63,800 nucleotides of DNA. Source: a virus (Duplodnaviria; Caudoviricetes). The position numbers were made by a program, and so were the translations under genes. The notes beneath the pieces are model-generated. The model made no database searches and was not told the origin of the DNA. It saw nothing but the letters and a program-made list of their open reading frames with translations. Where the stretch lies: positions 1 through 63,800 of the IMG/VR virus record IMGVR_UViG_3300032282_004188; one strand, 5' to 3'. The number at the start of each line of letters is the position of its first letter. Position 1 is the first letter of the stretch. Below are positions 10,382 through 21,752 of the stretch, in pieces.

Positions 10382-13300
10382 TTAATAAGATTGAGCCATC
10401 GATTGATATGGATCTCTTGCCACATCCGGGATTCTATTATACATAGTACTGTTAATACTTCCATTAGTAAGTCCTGATGCTGCTGTGCTGAACTTTTGTA
10501 TTTGATCTCTATCTCCGAACAGGGACACCTTATAGTTCATGCCAGCAGTGTAGCCTTGACCTCTGGCCTGAGGAATCTCTGGTGACCTTCTCGGGTAGTC
10601 GGATTCATAGGCAGATCCGCCTGGCAAAAGTGGTGGACCAGAAATGTCTTCCTTAGTGTGATCTTTTTTGTTTTGATATAGAAAGCTAGCTGCTATTGCC
10701 AATCCGGCACCTATTGCTGCCTTGCGAACATTCGACTTTCCAAACTGTTCAGCCAAATATTCTTTATTGATCCTTTTATAGGCTGTTTTAGTGGCTGAAG
10801 ATTGACCATGACCTGATAAGTCCCTAAGCGTGTCGGCTACAATTTTAGAAGTTTGATCTGTAATATCGCCTGCAGATTTGAGAACACTACCTGAAGCTAA
10901 ATCTCCATTTAGGAACGCAGCAGCTTCCTTATCAGCTTGTGCGGTTTGTTCAAAAATTGTTTTACTCCTTAAACCATTAGCTATCTGTCGTTCTTCAGTA
11001 CTTCCCAATCCTTCAGCACTTTGGCCTTTTATCAATGAAGAAATCACGGAAGAGTCGTTGTTCGTTCCAAAAAAGTCATCTGCAAAAATTAGGTCCAAAT
11101 CTTTTTCTAAAGTGCCCGCTTTTTGCGCATCGGTCATTTGACCAAAAATGTTATCAACATACTGCCTGAGCTCAACGTTTTTAGTTTGTCTTTCGTATAT
11201 AGCTTTTTGTTCTGAAATTTGCATGTATCTATGAAAAAGATTAGCACTTCCCCCTTCTGCATTTACTGACGAGTCTGGAAGTTTAGTGAAAAATTCTGGG
11301 GCTAATTTTCTTTTGATTCCACTATACTGAAGAGCGCCCGTTAGCTCATGCCCAGATATGCCCATTGATCTTTGCACTTCGTGCATACTTTCTAGTAGTC
11401 TATCGCCTAATTCTATTCTTTTTACTTCTAATGTCGCTTTTACTATTTCCCCTCCTTCATCTTTAGCCACTGTGTCGCCTAGTTCTTGTATTGATTTGAT
11501 TAGGTTTGCATTTTCATCTAATATTTTTTCTGAAGCAACTCGAGAACGCTGTGTAATCCTGGATGCTAGTTCTTGTTCTCTGGATATTTGTGAATTTGCA
11601 CTTAATCTTTTCATTGCGTTAAGGTAATAGTCTGAAGTAGAAGCTATATCTATCATTTCGGAAAGAGATCCCTTATCTATAATTCCTCTAGCTCTCAAGA
11701 CTTGTTCTACTTTGTCAAATTGTCCAGATCCTACGGCCGTATTAATGTCGGCTACATCTGCGCCAGTATCTGCTAATGCCATTCCCTCTGATAAACTCCT
11801 TGCAAAATTTATAAGATCATTATTATTCATTTTTCCACTAGTTAAAAAAGCCTCATCTATTATTCCCGCAAAAGTTCCTCCATGTTTTTGCTTTAAATAA
11901 CCAAACATTTTTCCATACTGATTCATTGTATTTTCGCCTAGTTTATTTAGGTCGGTACTTTCTCCATACAACATTTTAAGTGCTCTATCAGCCTGTCCGG
12001 CATCTGTGTTCAGTATCTCGGACGTATATTGCATCATCATTCTTCCGGAAGTAAAAGTTTGAGTCATGTCAATGACACTTTCAGCGGAGGGGAAACCTAG
12101 CATTAGTTCTTTGCTAAGTAAGTCTTTTTCTATTCCAGGAATTCCTCCTAACATATCTTCCATTTGCCTCATTCCGTGGCCCACTACAGTAGCTCTATTT
12201 ATGTATTGTCCAAGTATGTTCTTATTTGCTATTGCCGTATCAATGCTTTTATTTATAAAAGTTTTACCAAATGCAGCGGCTTTTTGCTCTGCGTTAAGTC
12301 CCAAGTTTTGAATTTCAGCGTAAAATTTTTCAGATAAATCGTCTATTGCTTGCGAACTTCCGTTTGAAAGATTTTTCCTCTGTACTTCTAAGTCTTTTAC
12401 TATCTTACTTAATCCTGTTTTTTGTCCCGTAGTTATCATGCCATCCAGACTTGATAATACATCGGCTTCAAGTGGCATGTCAGCTATTTCTGCTTTTAGC
12501 CTTTGAAATCCAAGCGACATTAATGATGGATCTTCATTTCCTAACGCAATTAATTTTGTTGCAGAAAAATTGGTTATTTCATTTTCGCCAGATTTTAATA
12601 CTCCTAATTTTTCAAAAAAGTTTCTATTGAAATCTCGCATTCCGCCAGTTCTAACACCATTTGAGTCAAACTTAGCGCCACTCATCATGTCATTAACATC
12701 AATAGTCAGTTGCTCTAGCATGCCCATTGTATTCGGATTAAAAAGGTCGTCTGACATTCCAGTTCCATCAAGAGCGCTCGATAAAACTTTATATTTAGAA
12801 TCTTTTTCAGCCATCTCATTTAAGGTATTCATAAAGAATCTATTGTTACCAAATATCTCGCGATAACTTTCTATGTCTTCAAATCTAGTAAGACCAATAA
12901 CTTCACCCATTGAAGTAGGTTGACGAACCATGGCAGCGGCTAGTTTGCGCTTACCTTCAGACATATAAGTTCCAAGTATAGGAAGGCCCTTGTCGTCTAG
13001 GTCGAAACCACCAAGTGCATGATAGAACTTTCTGATATCTTTTTCGCTAAATAAGATATTATGATTGGATACTCTAAATTGCGTAATTTGTGCAGAGATT
13101 TCATTGCCAACTTCACCTATTTTTTCTTCAATTGGATTTCCTGATAATATTTTTCTTCCAGTAGTTCCGGTCATTGCATTTGTTTCGGAGTTAAGGGCAA
13201 ATCTATACACGTCACCAACGACTGGGAGCTTCTGCCCATTCTTGGTTTTGTACAACTCAGATTGATACCATTTAGATAATAAATTTATATATTCTGGAGA

Positions 13301-15133
13301 ATCATTAATACTTACTCCAGTATTATGTAAATCTAGAATCCTTTGTTGGAAATCTTTGCTCAACATTTTTGAGAACTGCTGAGGCTCTAAGAAGTCTTCT
13401 ACGTCCTGCTCTGCGCCTTTCCTAATTGCTTGCAAGACCTTACTATCTTCTGTTAAATACCCTCTGGATAATATTCCTTCAAATTCATTTAATACATTTC
13501 TTGAATGAGCTTTAGCTATTAGTCTATCTTCCTCATTCCCAAACGCTGCATTATGAAAAGCTACTAGCATTGGATCGGTATACACCCTAGAGGTGGATTC
13601 AGCTAATCCGCTAAAATTCACAATTGGAGTTCCGGCTCCTATTCCTGTTTCTTTTTTTAATCCACTAATTGCAGTAATGATTCCATATTTATCAAATCTA
13701 TCTGAAAACTTTTTAATCTGAGCTGCCGTTTTATAGGAATAATCTATTTTGCCAATTCGGACAGAACCTCGAATTGTACCCTGGGATAATCCTATTGCTT
13801 CTCCGTCCTTGCCTATAGTTATTTCGGCTAATTGTCTTCTTAATTCAACCTTACGAATCATTGATTGTTCGTCTCTGTTTTGTGTAAGACCTAATAATTC
13901 CTCTTGTAAGTTTTCCCTTAATCTTTTCGCGTACTTTACGTTCACTAGTGACGATCCATCTCGACCTTTTTCTAGTTCACTAAAAAGACCTTTGAGAACA
14001 TCTTTAGTGTCTTTATCTGATTCATTTTTTAGTAAATTTTTTACTTGCTCGATACCATATCTTCCCTCTGCGGCATCTATGTCTCCAGTTCTAATGGCTT
14101 CGCTTATTAGATCCCTCAGTGAACTTTTTATTTCGGCAGATTTTGAACCAAGCTTTTTTGATTCAATTATTTCATTTAAAACCTCGTCAACATACTTTTC
14201 TGCTTCTTGACTTGCTGTTCTGGCACCGTCGTATTGAAATTCAAAAGATTCCCTTACATATGCTGCTACATCTTGTTGCTTAAGTGATTTTCCTAGTGAT
14301 GTATCTTCTCCAAATGCTAAGGCCATTGTTTCAAATACGCTATCAACATTAAGCGTTACGTCTGACAGCTGTTTCATTAAATGTTCAGATCCGACTCCTG
14401 TAGTATTAAAAGGAATTTTAGGCCCAAGAAAGGCTTGCATAAGATCGCCAGATATAGATACATCTCTTGGGGATAGAATGCCTTTTAATCTTTTTGGAAG
14501 TTTTGCAAATAATTTAGATAACCCTGCGTTTCCGTTTTTCAATGCCTCATTCAATTCGCCTGGGGTAAATAAAGGTTTTCCGCTCTTTGACATTGCCTCA
14601 AGTGTTTCTTGCATTGATAGAACCCGATCACCTTGATAAAGACTAAGAGCCATTCCACCATCATCAGTGGGGAAAACTAATCCGGTTCCTTGTTCTTTCA
14701 TTTTTGTTAGAAAATCTCCAACACTCTTAGATCCAACTTCTGCTTTATGAATTTTAATTTGCGCACCATATTGCTGATCTCCAGTTAATCCAAGTGTTTG
14801 ATTAATATCTTTTAGCACTTGAGCATAGCCTCTATACTCTGATGGGCCAAGGGATCCTGGTTTAATGTCAGCTAGTTCAGTAATTCCGTGACCAGATAAA
14901 TAATCCATAGATTCTTGTAGCGAGTCAGAAACAAGTTGTGCTGACTGCCCCTGATTTAACCTCAAGGAGTCAATGTAAGTTGATTTAAATTTTAATTTTC
15001 CATCAACTTCTATAGGTTCTATTAAACCTTTTTGGCCAAAATATGTTTTACTTAAAGCTTGTTTAGCTAAAAGTATTTGTCTCTCCATGGGCATAGGAGA
15101 AAGATAGGACGTAATATAATCACTTAAGGACAT
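10382..15133 (-). CDS. Large putative virion/ejection protein (1583 aa) with RNA-polymerase-like acidic motif and C-terminal TM helix
   Basis: Long ORF coupled to the upstream gene (TAATG overlap at 15133); motifs LGGFDLDDKG and MVRQPTSMGE; hydrophobic AAIGAGLAIAASFLY near the C-terminus. Function is inference. Confidence 0.55.
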   Translation of the reverse strand: MSLSDYITSYLSPMPMERQILLAKQALSKTYFGQKGLIEPIEVDGKLKFKSTYIDSLRLNQGQSAQLVSDSLQESMDYLSGHGITELADIKPGSLGPSEYRGYAQVLKDINQTLGLTGDQQYGAQIKIHKAEVGSKSVGDFLTKMKEQGTGLVFPTDDGGMALSLYQGDRVLSMQETLEAMSKSGKPLFTPGELNEALKNGNAGLSKLFAKLPKRLKGILSPRDVSISGDLMQAFLGPKIPFNTTGVGSEHLMKQLSDVTLNVDSVFETMALAFGEDTSLGKSLKQQDVAAYVRESFEFQYDGARTASQEAEKYVDEVLNEIIESKKLGSKSAEIKSSLRDLISEAIRTGDIDAAEGRYGIEQVKNLLKNESDKDTKDVLKGLFSELEKGRDGSSLVNVKYAKRLRENLQEELLGLTQNRDEQSMIRKVELRRQLAEITIGKDGEAIGLSQGTIRGSVRIGKIDYSYKTAAQIKKFSDRFDKYGIITAISGLKKETGIGAGTPIVNFSGLAESTSRVYTDPMLVAFHNAAFGNEEDRLIAKAHSRNVLNEFEGILSRGYLTEDSKVLQAIRKGAEQDVEDFLEPQQFSKMLSKDFQQRILDLHNTGVSINDSPEYINLLSKWYQSELYKTKNGQKLPVVGDVYRFALNSETNAMTGTTGRKILSGNPIEEKIGEVGNEISAQITQFRVSNHNILFSEKDIRKFYHALGGFDLDDKGLPILGTYMSEGKRKLAAAMVRQPTSMGEVIGLTRFEDIESYREIFGNNRFFMNTLNEMAEKDSKYKVLSSALDGTGMSDDLFNPNTMGMLEQLTIDVNDMMSGAKFDSNGVRTGGMRDFNRNFFEKLGVLKSGENEITNFSATKLIALGNEDPSLMSLGFQRLKAEIADMPLEADVLSSLDGMITTGQKTGLSKIVKDLEVQRKNLSNGSSQAIDDLSEKFYAEIQNLGLNAEQKAAAFGKTFINKSIDTAIANKNILGQYINRATVVGHGMRQMEDMLGGIPGIEKDLLSKELMLGFPSAESVIDMTQTFTSGRMMMQYTSEILNTDAGQADRALKMLYGESTDLNKLGENTMNQYGKMFGYLKQKHGGTFAGIIDEAFLTSGKMNNNDLINFARSLSEGMALADTGADVADINTAVGSGQFDKVEQVLRARGIIDKGSLSEMIDIASTSDYYLNAMKRLSANSQISREQELASRITQRSRVASEKILDENANLIKSIQELGDTVAKDEGGEIVKATLEVKRIELGDRLLESMHEVQRSMGISGHELTGALQYSGIKRKLAPEFFTKLPDSSVNAEGGSANLFHRYMQISEQKAIYERQTKNVELRQYVDNIFGQMTDAQKAGTLEKDLDLIFADDFFGTNNDSSVISSLIKGQSAEGLGSTEERQIANGLRSKTIFEQTAQADKEAAAFLNGDLASGSVLKSAGDITDQTSKIVADTLRDLSGHGQSSATKTAYKRINKEYLAEQFGKSNVRKAAIGAGLAIAASFLYQNKKDHTKEDISGPPLLPGGSAYESDYPRRSPEIPQARGQGYTAGMNYKVSLFGDRDQIQKFSTAASGLTNGSINSTMYNRIPDVARDPYQSMAQSY

Positions 15134-18100
15134 TATCTAACACCTGCATTAATATCAATTTGCTCCGATCCAAAAGGATTCATAACTGGAATAACAGATC
15201 CTGAAACTCCCATACCACTCATTAAGGACCTTAATCTTGATGCAGTATCTGTCTGAGATCCAGATCCACCACCAAATCTAGGATAACTAGGATTTGCCAA
15301 GTTAGCTTCTTGTAGCTGTTGAGGATAGTAACCCATTTGAGACATTTCTAGACCCATATTTTGGCCAATTTTTATTTTAACTTGATCCATGTTGGTATTT
15401 GGGTGCCAACCTTCCCAGTTTTCGCTTGGGAGTTCATGCTTAGAAAAGTAATCGGTCAATTCTGGTTTTTTTTCTACATCCATGCCCCATGCAGCTTCGT
15501 ATATTCTTCTTTCAAGTCTTCCGGCTGTAGATAATATTCTTCCTCTTTCATCTACGGGGGCATTAATCATGGCTTTAAAATGTTCTCGTTTTCTTTTTGG
15601 TATAGATAAAGAAAGTGACTCTATATCTGTTCCGTATTTTCCTGAATTTATATCCTCTATTGGGGCACCATACATTGTTCTTTTTGCAGCTGACTCATAT
15701 TGAAAGGCTGCACCTTTGTCTCCAGCCATATTTGCCATTTTAGCTAATCTAGTATTTTTAGTATAATTCAATATGTCTGCATACTCTTCTAGTGCAAGTT
15801 CCTTTTTCCTAGTCCTTGGCATGAACTGCTCTCCTGTAACTGCCTTATTTGCTGAGTGAAATGAGGAAACGCTTAAACCGGTTACCGCCCCAAGTGTTGA
15901 CATTATAAATTTGCCTTTGCCTGATTCTCCAAAAAATGTACCAGCTACAGCCAATGTGGCTGCTGCAGTTATTGGATTTCTATTACCCGCTTTATTAATC
16001 ATTGGAGCTACAAAACTCTCAAAAGGCCTCTGCCATTCGGGGAACGTTGCCCCGTATACATTATTTCTTTCCCAATCCTCTGTAGCTGTTTGTTTATTTA
16101 TAAACTTTTTATTAATAAAAGTATCTCTATGCGCTAGCATTTCGCCTGCTCTGCTCAGTGCATGAACAGTGGGGTGCATTCCCATTTCTCCTGGAGTGCT
16201 ATTTTTATATTTATATTCAGTAAAATTTTTTTTCTGTTGTATTGATGCTGCGCGCTCTCGAAGTTCTTGGACTCTTAATTTATCTGTAGGACTACTTACC
16301 ATGGAGTCTATTGTTTTATCTAGTGACCTAAACTGTTTAGAGTAGGGTGCAACGTCACCAAGTATTTTATATTGGTCTAATACGCCGTATTGACCAGTGG
16401 CATCGGGGCTTAGTTTATTTAATCGTTCATATGCTACTCCTGGCAGCCTCAACTCTCCTTCTGCGACCTTTGTAAAAGGGTCACCCGTAGTAAAGTCAGT
16501 AAAGTATTCTGATCCTGGAAGAAATGGATATTGTTTGCCCATTGCATTCTTAATTGGATTTATATAGTCAATTCCAGATCTTTCCTTGGGTATGAATCTT
16601 CTTGTTATTTCTGAGAATTCAATAGAGCCTATCTGCCTCCCGCCCAACATGGGTATATCTCCTAATCCCCCCAGGTTAAGGTCCCAGAATTGCCTTCCCG
16701 TTCCGTATCCCTTAGAGGCTGATTGAAGAACTGATCTTTGCGGCGTTAAGTCTGTTTGTCCTAATCCAAAATTTTCTCGCAAATTACTAGCAGCAAAACC
16801 GTAAATGCCTAGCATTTCTTGAGTTCTATATCCAAGTTCTTGTGCTTGAATTTGCGGACTTCCAACGTTCACTGGACTACCAGCAGGGACAATGCGTTGT
16901 GGCATGACTCCAGTAACCTTAGGTGGTCCATAGGCCATCTGCATGTATTGATTATTAATGCCAGATATTGTATTTCGAGTTTCATTTCTTGCAGTATTCA
17001 GAGATCCAGCTCTTCCAGCTAACATTGCATTAGAAGATGCCTGTGTGCCGTTTGGGGGGCCTCCAAATCCTCCCATGGCCATTCCACCAGCAACTCCACC
17101 CATACCCCCAAAAACGCCACCTCTGCCATTAATATATGGATCTGCATTATATGCTCCAGATTGACCAGCTGGTACATAATTTGCTAGTCCAGCAGTTACT
17201 TCTTGCTGATGCATCATGGTCTGCGGTTTAAGCACTTTTCCAACGGTTGCATTAAGTGCGGGAACAAGAGGGCCAAATGGTCCACTGAAATATTCTCCAG
17301 ATACAGGATATGGCCTATCTTCAAAGTGTTTACGCTCAAAGCGATATGGATCTAATGGTCTAAGTGGGGAAATGTCAGTATAGAATAACGCTCTTTCTAT
17401 TGGGCTCCCCATACTTTCTGAGGTGAACATTGCTCCAGCTTCTAGTTTGCGGTATATACTCGGGCGGTAATACATAATCTTTCCGCCCATAAATGGAGTG
17501 TTGCCTAGTGGCCAGAATCGACCCTGCCTAATTGCCACTTCACCTTCAAATAACTGCTCTTTCTTTTCTTGAAAATTCATTCCGCCAGGAGTGATTCCAG
17601 ATCCAAGGGCTTGTAAATTGCCCGCTGCTTTTGCTGCGCCACCAATGAAAAATGGCGAGTAGACTCTTTCGCCTCTACTGTCTTTTTCGTTTACCATACC
17701 GCCGATAGTTCTATCGACAGTCATTATTCCTAGGCCAGCACCGTATATGGGCAGGATTCGTTTACCTACCATTCCGCTTGTAAATAAACTTAATGGGGAA
17801 CCATATTGAGAAACGTCTAGCTGTAAACCAATAGTTCCAAAATATTTATTTAATCTTTCAACACTATGAGATACCGCTGCTGATGCATTAGAGTAACTTT
17901 CTGTACTATTATAGGTATTAATTCCTAGGGCACTTTTTATTGCACCATATGGATTCTTTGCAAAAACAGTGCCGAAAGTTGGAACTAATAAAACATCTGC
18001 ACCGGGGCCCCTAGTTGATCCAAGAACATCTGTTGCCGATTCAGATATTCTATAAGGAGCTGTGCTTAGTCTAGGATATAATGCCTTTTTAATTAATCCA

Positions 18101-21100
18101 GATTTTCCTACTTCTGCTACTCTTTGTACGGATCCGGTAACGAAAGGATCAACTAATCCTTCTGCCCCTTTTAATGCTTCTACCGAATTTTTAAATGCAC
18201 CTCTTTGCACTGCAAGTTCACTTAATCCGGCCCTATTTGCTTTCATGGAACTCAGATTAAATATTGTTGCAAGTCCTGCTGCTTGTGCTTCCGCTAACTG
18301 TCCAGCTGGCAAATCCTTTGCCATTGAAGTGATGATTTCATTCATCTGAATAAAAGTATTAGAAAAATTTGCCCCTACTGCACCGGCTGAGCCCGATGCT
18401 AATAATTCATTTCTTTGAACTAAATACTTGAATAGCTCATCTTGAAGTTTATCTCCCCTTGTAAGAATTGTGGGACTTCTTGACTTAATGTGAGATCCAG
18501 ACATTAAGTCAGCTTCTTCTAACAGATTTCTAAGACTACTGCCCATTTCATGCAGAGTATCTGTTTCATAACCTAAACTTCTTATCCTTGAGGCGTCATG
18601 CGTTGCAGAAGCAAGCACGTCGTTTGTCATTTGAATTCTATCTTGAACATTGCTAAGCGAAGAGACTCTTCTACCATTAAATGTTCCTATGCCATTATCC
18701 TCAAGAGCTTTCATTACCCTCTTGGGCATGGCAAAGCCACGAGTTTGTTTTCTAAAGTTTTCAAATGACCTTAGCATCTCGCCTTCGGAGATCATTTCAC
18801 TTGAAGCGCCAGGAGATCTGGCAGTTACTGCGCCAGTATCGTCTGCAAAATCTAATTTAAATTGCTTGCCCTCAGCTTCAATTGTTTCATTCTTAAGAAG
18901 TCGCCCAAAAAAAGCTGGGTTTTCTGGATCGGTTTTTCTTTTGGCAAATCTTGAAAATAAGCGCCCAATTGAATTCGGCTGCTCATAATCAACATCGAAT
19001 CTTTGTCTAAGGGCAAGTTCTCTTTCTGGACTAACTCCAAGTCTTTTTAATAAATTTGATCTATTTTTTCCATCAGCAAATTCAACTTCATTCAGCGATT
19101 TTGCCTTGCTTTCCGAAGCTGCGTTTCTTGCAGCCCTTGAGAGCATTTCGTTACTTCTTCTTGATAGGGGCCTATAAAATCCTTCTAATTCTTTTGATTG
19201 ATATTGACCAGTAATTGCCTCCTCAGTAAAAGACATTACTTTTTGCTTACTTCTGCCTCCGCTGTATGTTATAAAGAAATCTGCATTTCTGTCTGCCTGA
19301 GAAAGAAAAGGTTGAGATATTTTTCCCTGCACTAACTGAAAAGGTGCGCGACCTGACATTTCATCAAATGAGCCTTTTCCAAGCATCCGCGCTGGATTAA
19401 AATTAAGTATGGGAATTTTTAAATCATTAGATAAAAAGTTGCCAGCATTTCTTACCGATTGTTTGACTCCAGAAAAATCTAATACATTTCCAGAACGGGT
19501 TGTATATATATCTTTCATTACGGAAACGCTAGAAGACGTAGTTGTTGGATCTGCTAGTGCCATTCTTTTAGATATTTCGCCCAGCATTGTTTGAGCATCG
19601 TCGTTAAGTCCCGCAAATAACCCTTTACCAATTCCTTCATCTAATGTCATTGACTTTAGGCCAAGGATATTGAATCCTCCACTAAATATGCCAGTGCCTA
19701 TTTGTTTTTCTCTAACTAAAAAACTTCTTAAACTGTCCAGATTATTAGTATCTAAACCTCTTTTTCCTAAATTTTGGGCAAGGACCGCATTAGATACTTC
19801 TCTGCCATTCGCATCTTTTAGATTTATCCCGAGTCTTTGGGCTGATCTTTTAATTAAGAAATCTTTTTTAGAAACTGATATATTATTTAGGTCTGCAAAG
19901 TCCTCAAAATCTGCTTTTTTAATCTTTAGTACTTTCCCGCCTGCGCGTGGAATTCCATTTTCTACTACAGAATTCCATCCTTTTTCTGCCTTTAATTTCA
20001 GTGCAGCGCGAAATTCTTTGCCTTCAAATATCATATTAGTATTCTCTATGGATGTTTTTAGTGCGTCTGCACTAATGAACCCTTGCTCTATAGAGCCATC
20101 TACTGTCGTAGAGAATCTTTTTAATATTTCTTCAAAAGCTTGATCACCTTCTTTGATGATTTTAGTTTTTCCAATAGTAACTTTTCTGCTAACTTCTGTA
20201 GCTGAGGAATTGATATTAATATCATCTATAAACTTTCCTAATGCCCCAGAAAATCCTTCGCGTGCGGAATTTGGCGTTCTATCCAATATCTGCTTATGAA
20301 GAAGTTTTTTGTATTCTTGTTGTTCAATTGTTCTAAAAAATTCTGAATCACTAAATGACTGACTACCTACTCCACCTCCTCCAGTTGTAGCAAGTTTCTC
20401 AGCTAACTTGGACACCCTGCCAGAGAGGTTAGCTTGTACATTTTTAACGGCGTCTGTTAATTCAGCTGGGTTCATGCCAGTTTTACGAATTGCTGCGTCA
20501 AAGCTTATTGCTTTATTTACTACGTCGTAGCCAACTCCAGTTTTTCTAAACGTATTAATGCCTTGATTAACTGCTGATCCAATTCCTCTTAGACCAGGCA
20601 CTAGGTCTATGTATCCAAAATTTCCATCTGCTCCATCACCAAAGGCTAACGTTCGACCAAATATGGCAGCCCTTTTTAGGGCGCTTTTTCCTGCCGAATT
20701 AGCTAAGGCTTGTCTTGCCCCGGTATTTCTAACACTGTGCATAATCGCATTAATGTTGGGACGTTGCTCAACATAATTTTCTGTTGCTGCTTTGACTCCG
20801 GCTGACCCTTGAGCTGAAACCTTGAGTGCCTGGTTTGTTATCTTGCTAAGGTCATGACCAACTTCTCCTAGAATATCATCTAGGTCAGCAAATCGTTGAG
20901 CTGCCATTGTTTTGAAAGAGCTAACTCCAGACGACCTTGCAACATCGCCCATTGATTGCCTAAAATTATGAAGAGAAGATCTTGCATTTCCCGCTGCTGC
21001 GCCAGCTGCCTCAAATGGCAGGATTGTTGTAGCCAAAGCTATTGAAGATTCTTTTACGAAATCCGTAACAACATCTACCGGGTTGTACCAGTTAACTTTG

Positions 21101-21738
21101 GATTTTTTATCTTTACCGCCAAATATTGGGTCGATTAAAGCTTTTTGACCAACGTATAATGCGGGGAGTTCGTATGGCATGCGCCTTGCGGAGGCCACCA
21201 TCCTCGTCTGAATAGAATCTCTGAGTGACCATATTGCTGCTGGCTCATTTTCTATACCCCTGCCTGCCTGATTAAGCTCTGCGGAAGTAAAGTAATCTCC
21301 CTGATCAGTTAACTTCGTTTGGCCTGCGCTCAATCTCCCATTGCTCTCAAATACTAAATTACTATATGGATCCAGTTGATCTGGACTCATTCCATCTATA
21401 GCTCTTGAGACACCTTGTAGCTCATCTAGCTGTTTTCTTAGGCCCGTAAGACTTTTTACGGCTTTTGATGAAAACCCTTCTGGATTAACAGATGCTTGAT
21501 CTTGCAGTGTTTTAGCAAGTTTTAGGCCACCTTCTTTAGTAATCTTACTGAGAACAAACATTGCCCCCAATGTGGCCCCACTTGTTGCGAGAAACCTTAA
21601 TACTGGGTGCCCATTTAATGCTTTACTTATAAAGCTGGAATTGGGAGCGTCACCGCGCTCCTCATCATTCATTGTTGGCAAGTCTCTAGACGTTACGCTG
21701 TAACCTAAGTTTTGTATAGGTCCTGGATCTCTTACCAC
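15133..21738 (-). CDS. Tape-measure-like protein (2201 aa)
   Basis: Directly follows two tail-chaperone-like genes; very long, Ala/Gly-rich helical composition with several hydrophobic segments; GTG start with AAGGA RBS. Confidence 0.65.
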   Translation of the reverse strand: MVRDPGPIQNLGYSVTSRDLPTMNDEERGDAPNSSFISKALNGHPVLRFLATSGATLGAMFVLSKITKEGGLKLAKTLQDQASVNPEGFSSKAVKSLTGLRKQLDELQGVSRAIDGMSPDQLDPYSNLVFESNGRLSAGQTKLTDQGDYFTSAELNQAGRGIENEPAAIWSLRDSIQTRMVASARRMPYELPALYVGQKALIDPIFGGKDKKSKVNWYNPVDVVTDFVKESSIALATTILPFEAAGAAAGNARSSLHNFRQSMGDVARSSGVSSFKTMAAQRFADLDDILGEVGHDLSKITNQALKVSAQGSAGVKAATENYVEQRPNINAIMHSVRNTGARQALANSAGKSALKRAAIFGRTLAFGDGADGNFGYIDLVPGLRGIGSAVNQGINTFRKTGVGYDVVNKAISFDAAIRKTGMNPAELTDAVKNVQANLSGRVSKLAEKLATTGGGGVGSQSFSDSEFFRTIEQQEYKKLLHKQILDRTPNSAREGFSGALGKFIDDININSSATEVSRKVTIGKTKIIKEGDQAFEEILKRFSTTVDGSIEQGFISADALKTSIENTNMIFEGKEFRAALKLKAEKGWNSVVENGIPRAGGKVLKIKKADFEDFADLNNISVSKKDFLIKRSAQRLGINLKDANGREVSNAVLAQNLGKRGLDTNNLDSLRSFLVREKQIGTGIFSGGFNILGLKSMTLDEGIGKGLFAGLNDDAQTMLGEISKRMALADPTTTSSSVSVMKDIYTTRSGNVLDFSGVKQSVRNAGNFLSNDLKIPILNFNPARMLGKGSFDEMSGRAPFQLVQGKISQPFLSQADRNADFFITYSGGRSKQKVMSFTEEAITGQYQSKELEGFYRPLSRRSNEMLSRAARNAASESKAKSLNEVEFADGKNRSNLLKRLGVSPERELALRQRFDVDYEQPNSIGRLFSRFAKRKTDPENPAFFGRLLKNETIEAEGKQFKLDFADDTGAVTARSPGASSEMISEGEMLRSFENFRKQTRGFAMPKRVMKALEDNGIGTFNGRRVSSLSNVQDRIQMTNDVLASATHDASRIRSLGYETDTLHEMGSSLRNLLEEADLMSGSHIKSRSPTILTRGDKLQDELFKYLVQRNELLASGSAGAVGANFSNTFIQMNEIITSMAKDLPAGQLAEAQAAGLATIFNLSSMKANRAGLSELAVQRGAFKNSVEALKGAEGLVDPFVTGSVQRVAEVGKSGLIKKALYPRLSTAPYRISESATDVLGSTRGPGADVLLVPTFGTVFAKNPYGAIKSALGINTYNSTESYSNASAAVSHSVERLNKYFGTIGLQLDVSQYGSPLSLFTSGMVGKRILPIYGAGLGIMTVDRTIGGMVNEKDSRGERVYSPFFIGGAAKAAGNLQALGSGITPGGMNFQEKKEQLFEGEVAIRQGRFWPLGNTPFMGGKIMYYRPSIYRKLEAGAMFTSESMGSPIERALFYTDISPLRPLDPYRFERKHFEDRPYPVSGEYFSGPFGPLVPALNATVGKVLKPQTMMHQQEVTAGLANYVPAGQSGAYNADPYINGRGGVFGGMGGVAGGMAMGGFGGPPNGTQASSNAMLAGRAGSLNTARNETRNTISGINNQYMQMAYGPPKVTGVMPQRIVPAGSPVNVGSPQIQAQELGYRTQEMLGIYGFAASNLRENFGLGQTDLTPQRSVLQSASKGYGTGRQFWDLNLGGLGDIPMLGGRQIGSIEFSEITRRFIPKERSGIDYINPIKNAMGKQYPFLPGSEYFTDFTTGDPFTKVAEGELRLPGVAYERLNKLSPDATGQYGVLDQYKILGDVAPYSKQFRSLDKTIDSMVSSPTDKLRVQELRERAASIQQKKNFTEYKYKNSTPGEMGMHPTVHALSRAGEMLAHRDTFINKKFINKQTATEDWERNNVYGATFPEWQRPFESFVAPMINKAGNRNPITAAATLAVAGTFFGESGKGKFIMSTLGAVTGLSVSSFHSANKAVTGEQFMPRTRKKELALEEYADILNYTKNTRLAKMANMAGDKGAAFQYESAAKRTMYGAPIEDINSGKYGTDIESLSLSIPKRKREHFKAMINAPVDERGRILSTAGRLERRIYEAAWGMDVEKKPELTDYFSKHELPSENWEGWHPNTNMDQVKIKIGQNMGLEMSQMGYYPQQLQEANLANPSYPRFGGGSGSQTDTASRLRSLMSGMGVSGSVIPVMNPFGSEQIDINAGVR

Positions 21739-21752
21739 GGTTTTTCCTTAGC

